Positions 21,984 to 33,268 of a stretch of 48,149 nucleotides of DNA are shown one piece after another. Each line of letters opens with the position of its first letter. The first letter of the stretch is position 1. The position numbers were made by a program, and so were the translations under genes. The notes beneath the pieces were generated by a model. The model saw only the letters and a program-made list of their open reading frames with translations. It did not search any database and was not told the origin of the DNA. Source of the DNA: Macrostomum lignano (lineage: Eukaryota); the NCBI GenBank assembly GCA_002269645.1, contig NIVC01001904.1, positions 1-48,149 of the forward strand, read 5' to 3'.

Positions 21984-24900
21984 TTAATAATATTTAATTA
22001 GCAAATTAAAACTGCAAGATTCTAACGGTCTTATATATGAACTTAGAAGAACTGTAGTCTGACCAGAGATTGTCCTTTCTGTAGCGCGTTCTGAAGCATC
22101 TGCATCTCTAGAGTCTGAATCAGAAAGATGGTCCTCTGTTTCAGATTCAGAGCTGTCATCTTCCATTCCAAACCGTCTAGCAAGAGGTATGATTCTCGAA
22201 CTGTATGTAAAGACAGTATGTAATGTTTCAGCATTAGGCAATAACACTGGGTTGAGCACATTAAATATTGAGTAGTCATCCTCAGGAAAATAATTACGCA
22301 GCTGATCAATTATGCTATCAATGATTCGACTGCGAATCTCATCCAGTGCTGGATAAGCTCCCATGTCAACAACACTGCCACGTCCACTAGCATCAAATAA
22401 TCTATTTCTTAGAGATCTGTCTGCAGCAGAACCTGGTTGCTTCAACTCAAACCTCTCTGTTGGATCGCTGCTTCCAGGGCCGGAAGGACAAGCAAAGTTA
22501 GAATAAGATAGGTCTCTTGTGTGACATCCTGAATGGTATTCCAGCTGCGGATATCCATCTGCAGTTCCCAAAACTCGACGACACTTGCAGGAAGCCAAAA
22601 AGTCCACAATGCGAGGACCATTGTTCGTTTTTAAGGTTTCTAGTGAATGGATAAGGTTAGTGTGGCGTTCTTGCAAGCCAATAAATGTACCCTTGGCTCT
22701 TTGAAACTGCAAGGACTCAAATTCCAGTAATTTTAGAATGTCCATGAGAAATAGATGTAATGAATAATACCGGACATTTTGCAATGTTTTCAATAATCCA
22801 GAGGCAGTTGCTTTACTTTCGTCATCAAAGCCTGAGGAAGGTGATTTGATATTTTCTAAATTTGTCAGAAGCAAGTAGTACGACTTTCGAATCACATCAA
22901 GAGCAGACACTTCCGATGCAACCCACCTGATGCGATATATTCTTTTTAATTCATAGAAAACCAAGTTGAGTGCTTCCGAAGTTTGTGCCAAAGATGCCTT
23001 ACGTTTAACAGCGTGGCTCATATAAAATTTGTGTAGAGAATTTATATTCTTATCGAGATGTTGCATAAATGGGAAGATTTCAAAGGCATGATAGATTGAA
23101 AGTTCTAACTTATGCGCTGCACAATGGTGCTGAAAAAATTGTTTGCTAGCCCAAGGCCTCAGTTGACTTATTAATCCCACTCGACTTCCTGTCATTACGG
23201 ATGCACCATCAGTTGTCACCCCCAATAGCCTTCGTTTGATTTCATCTTCTAGCTTGTCATCCGAAAATAAACGGATGAGAAGTTCATAAATGCTTCGTCC
23301 AGTCTCTACTTCAGTCAGACGTTTAAACCGATAAAAAACATCAAATGTTGGCTGTTTTCAAGAACTCTGAAGTATATCATGACGTAGCTGTTTGAATGAA
23401 TATCAGACGTTGTATCTAGTACAATAGAAATCGGAAGATTGTCAGCACTTTTAATGTAATTCACAAATGTCCGATGCATTGTATTACTGATTGATTCCAC
23501 CATTGCTGCGGCACTTTTGCGATGCTTATGATGGCTCCCCATATCCAACCCATTTTTTACTTGTAAATCAATCATATTTGGATGAGCACTGAATGGAATA
23601 TTAGATTTGACTTCGGCATAAACTGTTGTCAAAACTCGGGCTGTTATTTCATCTCGTTTAGTTTTAGCTAGTCTAGCGGCCTCATTCATCTGTTTGAGTT
23701 GCTTTGCAAGAACTGAAGTATGTTTTTCCTTCATCCACTTTATGGCGTCACTGAAGTGTATTTGATGAATGTTCCTGTAGTTTTCTTCGTACGTTATCTT
23801 TTGCATGACCTTTGGGAATGTAGCCTTGTTCTGTTGCAAAAGTTAACTTACGTTGGCTCTCTAGATTTGTCTCCTTTTTCTTATGTGCATTCAAAAATTT
23901 TCTGCAGATCCGACATTGTATTCCAGATCTTGATAGATCTTCGGTGTTTTGAACATATTGAAACCATGTCTTCATTTCTTGTGACACAAATTTTCTTAAA
24001 ATTGATCTGCAATGGTCAAATTAGAGAATATTTTGGGATTTGGACTATTTGTGAGTATCTAAAAGCAATATGCTAATAAGTGCAATACACAATACACTAT
24101 ACATTAATTTACAGTTCGTCAGTTTCCATTTACTTACTGTGACTGGTGCATCTCCAAAGAATGTAACCACTCCTCTCGAAAACCAGATGTATCCTCTCAG
24201 TCCTTTTTAGGGAAAACTTCAATATTTTCGCCCATCATAGAGGAAGACGAGGGCTTTGATGCTGAAGTGGCTAGACATGCGTCTGCAGATGTGCTTATGC
24301 ATGGTATTTTTTTTTGCGATGGCCCTGCTTCTGCAGTATTTACTTGTACTATTTCAACATCACCTGAACCCCTTGAGTCGCTCGAATCTAAATCAACAAT
24401 AGGACTTTGGCAAAGTGATCGTTTCGTTGATTGTCTTTGAATATTTACTTGCCTAATAATTTCCACTTGTAGTTTGCTTGTTTGCTGGTCATTCTCCAAC
24501 AACTCTCTTCTTTCCTGTACATTTGCAGCAGAGCAAAAATTAGAAGTTTCTGCAGCAGCAGTTTGAACAGCATGATCTCGATTAGCTGCTATTTGCTCTG
24601 AAAATTCATAGGACCTGGCCAATTCACTACGGTGTGAGCTTTCAGAACATGGAGCTGGAGCAGGAGCTAGTCGCATTTCGATTCTTTCTGTTGCTGATGA
24701 AGCAGATGCTAATGCTGAGTCTGCCAATGTACCTGCTTCTCTTGAAGGTGTATTTATGATGGCTTTAATATTGTCCTCTAAAATCCAATGAGCACCTGAG
24801 CAGTCATTTTCTCTACCTGGAGTCAACTGTCCAAGTTTCCACCTTGTAAAAAGCAAAGGCTTTCGTAACTCACTGCTGGATTCAGGGCACCGGTTTATTG

Positions 24901-25765
24901 AATAGTCCTCATGACCAAGTTCATCCCATTCTCTTGCTGGCTTTAAGATGTAGTTGGGCTTGTCTCTTAGCCTACGATAAATGGACTAAAAAAATGTGCA
25001 CCTGTTATTTTGTGTACTTCGTGCATAGATGATCATGTCATGCACATTGTTCCTAATAATTTCAGCTAATGAGTTATCAATGATAATTTTATCTTCATAA
25101 ACAGGTCTTCTTTGTGTTGCATGCATTTTAGCTAGTCGCAGTTTTCCAATGCTACTGGCAGTTGTGGAACTTGAACTGTCCGATTCTGATCTAGAAAAGT
25201 CTCGTTGATACAAGAGAATAATGGCCATAGCACTTTTACCATTCCCATTCTTTAATGCATTTGGTTCTGTTGGAATTGTCTTACTAGCAGACTTGAAAAA
25301 ATCAATGATGGATGACTGCGATGATCCACTAGGAGCGGAACTTGGCAGCCCATGTCTAGTTTTTCCCTGATACCCAATAGATGTATCGGTAAAAAACATA
25401 TCTGCTGCTTCCTGCTTCTCTTTTGATGCAATAACAAAGAAACTGCTGTCCGTTTTGAAGCCCGAGGACCGATAGAAGTCAGCAGAAAATGAAACCACAG
25501 GTCGTCTAAAATCGCCGCTATATTCTTGAACTCCAATCAGAAGAAAATCACGGAGTCTCACTGGCACTGATCCTAATAGCATTGCAGTTGTGGAACAAAC
25601 TTTCTTCAGCTCAATGAACTCTGAAAATTCTTGAGATCCAATATTAGGCTCATCAGTATTTAACTCATTTATAACAATTGAGCACTCACTCTCAGCTAGA
25701 ATACCATTGATAGCTAGGATGCCACTTAGAATCAGTAGGCAAAGACAACTAAGGCTGTACATCAT
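21984..25765 (-). pseudogene. Signal peptide + lamin-tail-like domain + linker + ZNF862/KIAA1586-like hAT transposase, about 1215 codons, interrupted by 2 in-frame stops and 2 frameshifts
   Basis: ORFs 24986-25846 and 24197-24856 are in the same frame with open sequence between them. After TGA 24197 the frame continues to a GTAAGT donor (24137), which is phase-2 compatible with the TTGCAG acceptor (24007) entering the CRIC-containing transposase frame. Frameshifts near 23760 and 23345. Confidence 0.75.
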
Positions 25766-28077
25766 TCTGTGAAAGATTAAGTCGAGTATATGATTTTGGT
25801 GATAAAATAAAATTGATTTATGAGTATTACTATATAAATAAAACATTTAAAAGCCCTTACCTTTACCAATTCATGTACAGAAAGTAAGTGTAAATACAAC
25901 CAATTGCCTTGGTAGTTTAGTTATATGCTCGTATCAGATGCAGGCAGACAGCATAGGCTGCCAAGGTGCTATAAGTTAAGGTTAACTTTCACTATTTGGC
26001 TTTACAGACTGCTTTTATCGCTGCATGCATTGACTTAGCCTTAGCTTGTGCCATCATACTCATACAGCTATATATACATATGTATCTCTGCCACTCCCCA
26101 CTTTTGCAACCTTACACTGTACAATCATGCCTAAAACACTCCGTGTCAAGTGTACTGTTCTAGTGCCACATGGGGTACAAATACGATTAGGAATGACAAG
26201 AGTCAAAACCATACATGCACAATAGTTGGCCGATATGGACGACTGATTTGGCGGCCAACCAAGGTAAGTTGCAAAAATGCCCACCCAAATAAATACCAAA
26301 GTAGTATTAAGTAGCTGACGAAGCATTTTGCCTTAATAAAGACAGTTATAGTTACTCCTGCCGTTTACCCAAAGTTGCGTTAATTTTGCTTTTAGGTTTT
26401 TTTCATGTAAGTCGCATTTTTGGCCGAAAACTACGTCGCATTTTTGTTAAAACTAAGTCGCACGGCCGACCAAATTTTGGAGGTTGCGCATGTATGAGAG
26501 GCGTGGAGGTCTATTTAGGATTAGGTAGATAAATTCGGAGGCTGAAGGAAGGGGGCAAGTTTTGGGTGGAACGGGGGGGCAAGGGGGGGCTAACAACCAC
26601 TAACAACAGGGTATGGGAATTGGGGGTTTTAGGATAGGGAGAATCTTCATAAGGATAGATTTTATATACCTAAACTTCAATAGAGGCATGGGGTCTATTG
26701 AAGATTAGGTAGATAAATTTGGAGACTGAGGGGGTCTAGAGGGGAATTTTAATGAAGCCTAAATAAAAAATTCAGCATGTTATCATATACTTTCATGGAG
26801 AAAAATTATAATCCTATCAAACTAATTGATATCAGCAGCTGTAGTTACCTTCAGAATAGAGAAGACAACATAGATTAGTAGAAATGAGTATAGATAAACA
26901 AGTAAAGAATGTATGGGCATGGCTAGTCACAACCATGACAGAACGAAAGCAAATCAAAAGTGGGAAGTGAGGGGTAGTGGCAAACTGTGGGTCAGCATTT
27001 TATAAAAACACTAATCATACTGTTTTATGAGACAGCCCCTCTCATTCACTGCATCACATTTAGCCATAGATAGCCCATGATTACGAAAAAATCGATAAAC
27101 TCGTAAAAGTTTTCTGTTGACATTTTTGAGGTTCTGTAAGTCTATGACTGACCTTTCTCTACTTAATCGTCCATATCTCTTAAAGCACAGATTCAAATCT
27201 CTTGCAATTGGTGTCATTTTAAAGAAGAGACATGCCGCTTTCAAATGACACCAAGCACATGCAAGTGTGACTGTCCATATGTCCACACCAAGCAAAAGTA
27301 ACACTACTTTCTGGATGCCCCTTGTATATTTCCAAATAAAATTATTTTCATTAAAATATAAAGAACTATCATTAATAATTAAAAATTCTTAATTATGAAT
27401 TAGCTTTTACAATAGAGTACTGCAGCTTAGTAATATTAGTAACTTAATTAATATATTGACTATAAACAATTGATATCTTCATTATTCAAGCATATATATA
27501 TAAGCAATCAGCAATAAAAAAATTAAATGTATTGAAAAACAGTGTTTAACTTATCTTTATATTTATTTTGGCTGAAACTCTTACATTATAAATCAAATAA
27601 GAAGCTCAAGACAGGAAAAACTCATAATTTAAATTTTATTGCATATAAAATGAATTTTTTATATTTCATAAATTGGTTGAGATAGCCTGGTCGACACTGT
27701 ATTCTGATCTAAGAGAGAAAAGCATTCTGATTTAAAAATGCTTCTGCTGGAAGCTACAGTAATAATTCCTTAATGATCAGCATTAAGGAAGAATTAGAAG
27801 AATTGAATCTTAGAGTTTCCTATAAATTTCTATTAATAAAGGTCTTAAGGTAAAAAGAATTATATTTATAGATGTATTTTAGTTATTAACTTTTTTATGT
27901 AGTTGTTTTGAATTAGATATTTTAGATAGTTAAGTTTTACAATAATTTTGAAGCTTTTTTGTTTTACTTTTTTACTCTCTAATCTTGAAAATTTTTGTCC
28001 CGGGCCTCGCGGGGCCCACAACTTTGGGTCGATCAAATGTAAAAACAGTCTAGATTTTATTCTAATAAATAATTTAC

Positions 28078-28286
28078 CTGTCTTTGTCATATTCAAATGT
28101 GGGCGCTGGCGTCGAAACATTCAAAGCAAAAATGCCTTCTGTCTTGCGAAACGAATATGCTGGAACTGGTGATGTTGTGGGACGTGGGTACAGCTGCTGC
28201 TGATGATGATGCTGCTGATGCTGCCGCGCCTCTGCTTTCAGCTCTGCGTCAGCCTCGGCCTTGGATGGAGTGATATTCCATAACAT
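28078..28286 (-). CDS. Orphan first coding exon (MLWNITPSKAE..polyQ/H..FEYDKD) ending in a GTAAAT donor; possibly an upstream exon of the kinase gene
   Basis: ATG-initiated GC-rich ORF within AT-rich DNA; phase-2 donor at 28077; head-to-head with the + gene at 28617. Confidence 0.4.
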
Positions 28287-28616
28287 GATGGATGTTCTTT
28301 ACATGTTAATGTAATATAATGTCAGCATTTAATTTTATCTACTTTTTTAGCTCAAAATAATCCTAAACTATAGAAGTCGTTGCGCTAAATGAAGTCGTTG
28401 TTTTACGCGCGTTCATTTACATATGATGTCAATTTTTTCCAAATTAAATTGTGTCGCTATTTAGGAGTAAATTTGGCTGTCTATGGCTTTGCATACGCTC
28501 AAAGCTTTTAATGAATTAAAAAGAATAAATGGAGGACAATCGCATATTTTATTCGACTTATATTTTACACTGAGATTATTAGGATTAATAGACCTAATTT
28601 TAAAAAAACTGGAAGC

Positions 28617-28823
28617 ATGGAGCTCTCGGACGAATGCCGAGACTGTGCCAAGGACAGCAAGAAGGACAGCCAAGGAGATCATGAAACGCCGCTATCGTTG
28701 CATCAAATCCGGAATGGTTCGCACCCAACGTTCGGCTTCGACTGCCGTGTGCTTCCTGCCCAGGGGATTCTTTCTGATTACACACGAGTGAGTTTTGTCT
28801 TGATGCGAATTAACGCTGGAGTT

Positions 28824-28858
<35 letters not shown>

Positions 28859-28859
28859 T

Positions 28860-28898
<39 letters not shown>

Positions 28899-28899
28899 T

Positions 28900-28930
<31 letters not shown>

Positions 28931-29049
28931 CTAAGACAGACAGACACTAAGACAGACACTAAGACAGACAGACACTAAGATAGACACTAAGACAGACAGA
29001 CACTAAGACAGACACTAAGACAGACAGACAGACAGACAGACAGACACTA

Positions 29050-29090
<41 letters not shown>

Positions 29091-29121
29091 CTAGGACGGA
29101 CAGACACTAAGACAGACAGTC

Positions 29122-29162
<41 letters not shown>

Positions 29163-29680
29163 GGCAGGCAGAATGTACTCCCTTAAGAAATCATCTACCA
29201 AGCGATGCGCCAACCACGTGCCACCGCTGCAGCGTGGAGGTGAACATGCTGTTTCAGACGCAGACCGACAAGATTGAGGTTTTCACATTCGTGAAGCGCC
29301 TGTTCCAGGAGCACAACGCTCTGATTAGGGGCAGCAGGAGTCGGGCTCTGTTCATTGAGACAGCCTACCTGTTCTGCATGGATGTGAGTGCCTCATAGTT
29401 GGCTATGCTTAAAAATATCCTTGCTTCCTTGTAAAACAGCCTTGCGATTAAATTTCACCCAGGTAGCCGAGAGCGCCATCTCGTCGAACTTCTTCATGTA
29501 CATACCGAAGTCGCACTACAGGCGCTATTTGGAAGATGTGCCAATTTTGATGAAAGCAAAAGTCTGCATCATCATCGACTATCACAGGAGCCTGGCTTAT
29601 CGATTTGGTAATTTTTTATCGAGATTGTTGATTTTAACTAAGTGTAAAATGACAAAACAAATGACACCAACATCACCAGG
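28617..29680 (+). pseudogene. Truncated duplicate (exons 28617-28787, about 29164/29172-29383, 29463-29607) of the unidentified gene at 37205-38965
   Basis: 29172-29680 matches 37540-38048 with only 5 substitutions in 509 nt. Exon 1 carries indels relative to the other copy. Homology stops one base after the exon-4 acceptor. Confidence 0.7.
28824..29170. repeat. (CAGA)n microsatellite with CACTAA interruptions
   Basis: Visible; fills intron 1 of the duplicate gene. Confidence 0.95.
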
Positions 29681-30027
29681 CTGAATGCATTGGAGTAAAC
29701 AGGATTTTACCATAGACGGTCTCTGTGGACCGTGAAACGCGGTTTTCGCCCGCAAACTATAACACTAATATGGATGGGCTGCGGAGGGCAGAAACGATCT
29801 ATAACGCCGAGGTGCGTAGCGCCTCGTGTATTAAAGTGTATTAAAGCCCAAGAAAAGCATAGAGGCCGTCTCTAAAGCAAGTAAAACACAGTCCTAAAAT
29901 TTTGTTCTTTTGGTCTAAAGGCTGGATCGATTTCATATGGTGCTTTAACCATAGGCAAAAATTAGTTATTTTTATCACGAGAAAGGCCCCATGTTTATAA
30001 TACCAAAATCTTTGGTACAAATTAAGA

Positions 30028-30082
30028 CTTGTCACTTGTCATTTGTCACTTGTCACTTGTCATTCGTCAGCTTGTCACTTGT
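30028..30082. repeat. 7-bp tandem repeat (CTTGTCA)n
   Basis: About 8 visible copies. Confidence 0.8.
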
Positions 30083-31098
30083 ATTATTAATGAAATAGGC
30101 CCCAGGTATTTTTATAAGCAGTGATCTATAAAATCTAGTGTTTTATGCATGTCCACTTACATGCCATGCGTTCCTGACCGCTATGACAAACTCCGCTTAG
30201 CATGGCAAATTAAGACCCGTGAAGTGGGGGGGGGGGGTTAAAAACTCCCAGTTTCACAACTGTAAAATTTCTAGATTGTGAAGGCACCCCACTCGTGGAT
30301 GCCATGAGAGATATAAATTCGTCAGCGTCAGCCATATATCAAACTTTTTTTGAAGGGATCACCAAAATCGGGGGGCTGTAGCAATTCTATAATTGTACAA
30401 CTGTACTCATAAAATGACCATTGGGCGATTCCTCATTTAGAATGCTTTTGGTAAGTTGGGCTACGATATGCTCACTGAACGAGAGCTGAGCACAGTCTAG
30501 GTTAAGAGCCGAACTTTCGGTTTTCTTCCGCTAAGGACGAAGGACGAAAAGCCATTTCTTCATATTCACTGTACCAAGTCACTACTCAGTAGTCAGTAGT
30601 AGCACTCTGGTTTTTTTAGTCCGAAATCAAAGAGACCGCACAAGGACTATTTAACAACTGAGCGTCCTAAGTTGTTAAGTAGTCCTTGAGACTGCACAGG
30701 CTCACATCACAGAGTGTAACATACTGTAATATGTGTAACCACACGGTCAATATTTAAGATCTTCTCTGGGTCTGCATACATTTATTTATAGCATTTGCTG
30801 TTATATACTAATTTTCTCGTTATAATATGCTTTCCGTTTGACAGTGTCTACATACACCAATCAAATTATGATTTTTGAAAATCCAAAAAGACCCAGATCC
30901 ATGCTTTCATGGGTTTGAAATCGAAAATTTTTATTTTCAACTAAGCCGCTGAAGCCGGGCTCACAGCATGAATGCAATTATTTATTGCCAGAAATGATTA
31001 AGTGGGTCCAAAATGAACTTCTATCCGCCCACGCAAAATTTACCTATAAAATTTGTCCAACAGTCAGAAAAACGAGCGCACACGGTAGAATATGAAAA

Positions 31099-31700
31099 AT
31101 GGCGGCCACCACTCACAGAAAAACGCTCAACGAATTCGAAATGAAAGGCGTCGTGTGGAACAACTACACCACACCTGAGGTGCTGCGCCGATCTCTGGAC
31201 TTTAGATTCCGACCGAGCGATGTTTGCGTGTGCACTTTTCCCAGGTGCGGCACAACGCTTACTCAGGAAATTGTGTGGCAGCTTGTTCACCGAGACACCA
31301 TCAAGCAAGGGGGCAAGTACGCTCCCATTGACCAACGGTTCCCGTTCCTGGAGTTCAACTACGGTCTCGAGTAATTGCTGTGCTGCGCAACCCCCAAGGA
31401 CTGCTGCAATTCGCTCTACCACTTCTACAAAGGCCTCGAGATGTACGGGCCCTGGTCGGGAACCTGGGACGAATTTGTTGACATATTCCTGAGCGGCAAG
31501 ACAATGTGCGGCGACTACTTTAAGGTTAGTTTCGTGAGGCTTTAACCTGTACAGATGCAAATTTTGATACCGTATTCATTTAATTGCAAACTTTGCGTAC
31601 TTACGTCTCTGCGGACTGGTGGCAGCTCCGGAATGAGCCGAATGTGCTGCTCTTGAAGTACGAAGATCTGGTCAGCGAACCTGACAGCCACCTGGGAATC
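31099..31700 (+). pseudogene. Cytosolic sulfotransferase (SULT) pseudogene or fragment
   Basis: Has 5'PSB TFPRCGTT, RFPFLEF, RVIAVLRNP(+1)KD, WDEFVDIFLSG..GDYF and DWWQLRNEPNVLLLKYEDL. The catalytic-His segment is missing and no RKG..GDWK C-terminus was found. Confidence 0.8.
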
Positions 31701-31858
31701 AACATGTATTTAAAATTAGCCAGCATATTCGCGAATGATCGCTGCTTTTACCTACGTTTATAGCTGTCAACGCCTATATAAGTTTTCGCGCTGTGGCCTA
31801 CGGTTCGATACAAGTTATTTCATGGTACTTCACAAATCATAAAAGTCTTTAAACATTG

Positions 31859-33268
31859 TCATGCTGTAAATTGGATCAGCGGTGTTTCTTCGTTAATCTC
31901 CCGATCCCATTGCTCCTCGTCGATGCATTCTTCCTGGTCAGAGATGTCGCCTGACAGGAACAGCATTACAGCCATTGGATAAGCCACGAATCGATAGTAC
32001 GCCGAGCCAACGATTAGGAATGCAACAATAATCAAATGGTAGACATAGAACAGGGGCGCCCGGCCCTGCGCCGGTTGCAGAACCGGGTTGTCCGCCGGCA
32101 CGGCGCTAAGAACTGCTACTAGAGACTGACCGGCCAGAGTAGCGAGGCCCCATACGGTGAAGCCGATCCCCATCACGAACAGCTTGCAGTGGTTTGGCGC
32201 AACGCCGTTCAGTATCTCCAAGGCGGCGATCACGGTCAGCAACTCGGCCGCACCGTCCACTGCGGAGGCGGCCCAGAACACGGCCTGCACAGACAGGGCA
32301 CGCTGAGGTGGGGACCGCGAAACTAATATTAAGACGATTTCCACCAGGGCTTTGACAATGATTCCTCCCTGAAGCCGGAGCTCAATTGATATATGCTTGG
32401 ACGAGCGGTAGGCAACCAGCATTAGCAGCAGACTCCACACGATCTGACAACTGACTTTCATTAACTCAGGTGAAACTAAACACTCGTTAGATTGGCCATT
32501 ACTGGTGTTAGTCGAATCAATTGATTCGATGTAGTGACGCATCTCAATAGTGTACACCAAACTTTGACTTCCAGCAACCGAAATTACAAACGGAATCATT
32601 GGAGAAAATATCTTGAAGTATCGAATCAAACGACCTGTCGTTGGAAATGTAAAACGGGCGCGCCGAGCCAGGTCGTCAGTATTGATGTAGCCCGACATAG
32701 CCATGAACGCTATGCTGGCTACAATGCCAACCAGGGTGTAATAGTTCCCGACTAGCTCCTCAGACATCGGCAGCACAATGCCGATGAACTGGCCAAGCTT
32801 CACGGACAAAAAGTAGGCACCGCTGAGTATTGTCCAAATCCTGGGCTGAGGGTACCAGCGGTAGATGCAGTACACAATGCATGGCTGCATCAGGCCGTAC
32901 AGAAGTGGAATAGGCGACCAGGCTGCCGTAACTAAAGCGCTTGAACTGCAGATGAAATTCAAAAAGATTGCAGCCACAAGAAGGATAGAGGACACAAGCA
33001 TCAGGTGACCGCAGATGTGAATTACAACCAAGTATCCCATGCAGGCATTAGCTAGCAGCCCGCCAAGCACTGGAAGAAGATACCTGGTGGAATAAATCCA
33101 AAAGATTGCTGTGCCTCGGGAGTCAAAGCACTGATCGCTCAGCCGGCACGTACCGTTTACAGACAAAAAATTCTCTGGGGACAGTATGCCAAGCTGATTG
33201 TCCACGACCTTGCTGCACATCTTCATAAACAGCACCACCAGAATGTCGACTGTGCTTTCGCGAAGCAT
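31859..33268 (-). CDS. Divergent POT/PTR2 (SLC15-like) MFS transporter, about 469 aa, uninterrupted CDS
   Basis: Multi-TM hydrophobic ORF. YLLPVLGGLLANACMGYLVVIHICG resembles the POT Y..PLLGG.LAD..LG.Y..I motif. AELLTVIAALEILNGVAPNHCKLFVMG resembles GE....TGLEF.YS.AP.SM.S..MG. A GTAAGC donor near 33965 suggests a 5'UTR exon. Confidence 0.7.
   Translation of the reverse strand: MLRESTVDILVVLFMKMCSKVVDNQLGILSPENFLSVNGTCRLSDQCFDSRGTAIFWIYSTRYLLPVLGGLLANACMGYLVVIHICGHLMLVSSILLVAAIFLNFICSSSALVTAAWSPIPLLYGLMQPCIVYCIYRWYPQPRIWTILSGAYFLSVKLGQFIGIVLPMSEELVGNYYTLVGIVASIAFMAMSGYINTDDLARRARFTFPTTGRLIRYFKIFSPMIPFVISVAGSQSLVYTIEMRHYIESIDSTNTSNGQSNECLVSPELMKVSCQIVWSLLLMLVAYRSSKHISIELRLQGGIIVKALVEIVLILVSRSPPQRALSVQAVFWAASAVDGAAELLTVIAALEILNGVAPNHCKLFVMGIGFTVWGLATLAGQSLVAVLSAVPADNPVLQPAQGRAPLFYVYHLIIVAFLIVGSAYYRFVAYPMAVMLFLSGDISDQEECIDEEQWDREINEETPLIQFTA

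Larger units (their letters stand above)
19470..26496 (-). mobile_element. hAT-superfamily DNA transposon, 7027 bp, 14-bp perfect TIR CATACATGCGCAAC, 8-bp TSD AGAGGCGT
   Basis: TIRs at 19470-19483 and 26483-26496; TSD at 19462-19469 and 26497-26504. Internal transposase has SIVLDTTSD, VTTDGASVMTG and HCAAHKLEL (CxxH). Confidence 0.93.

Noticed and set aside
24197-24988. Programmed readthrough of the TAG and TGA in the transposon gene
   Set aside because: The TAG falls inside the putative LTD domain and the gene also has frameshifts; decay or consensus error is simpler.
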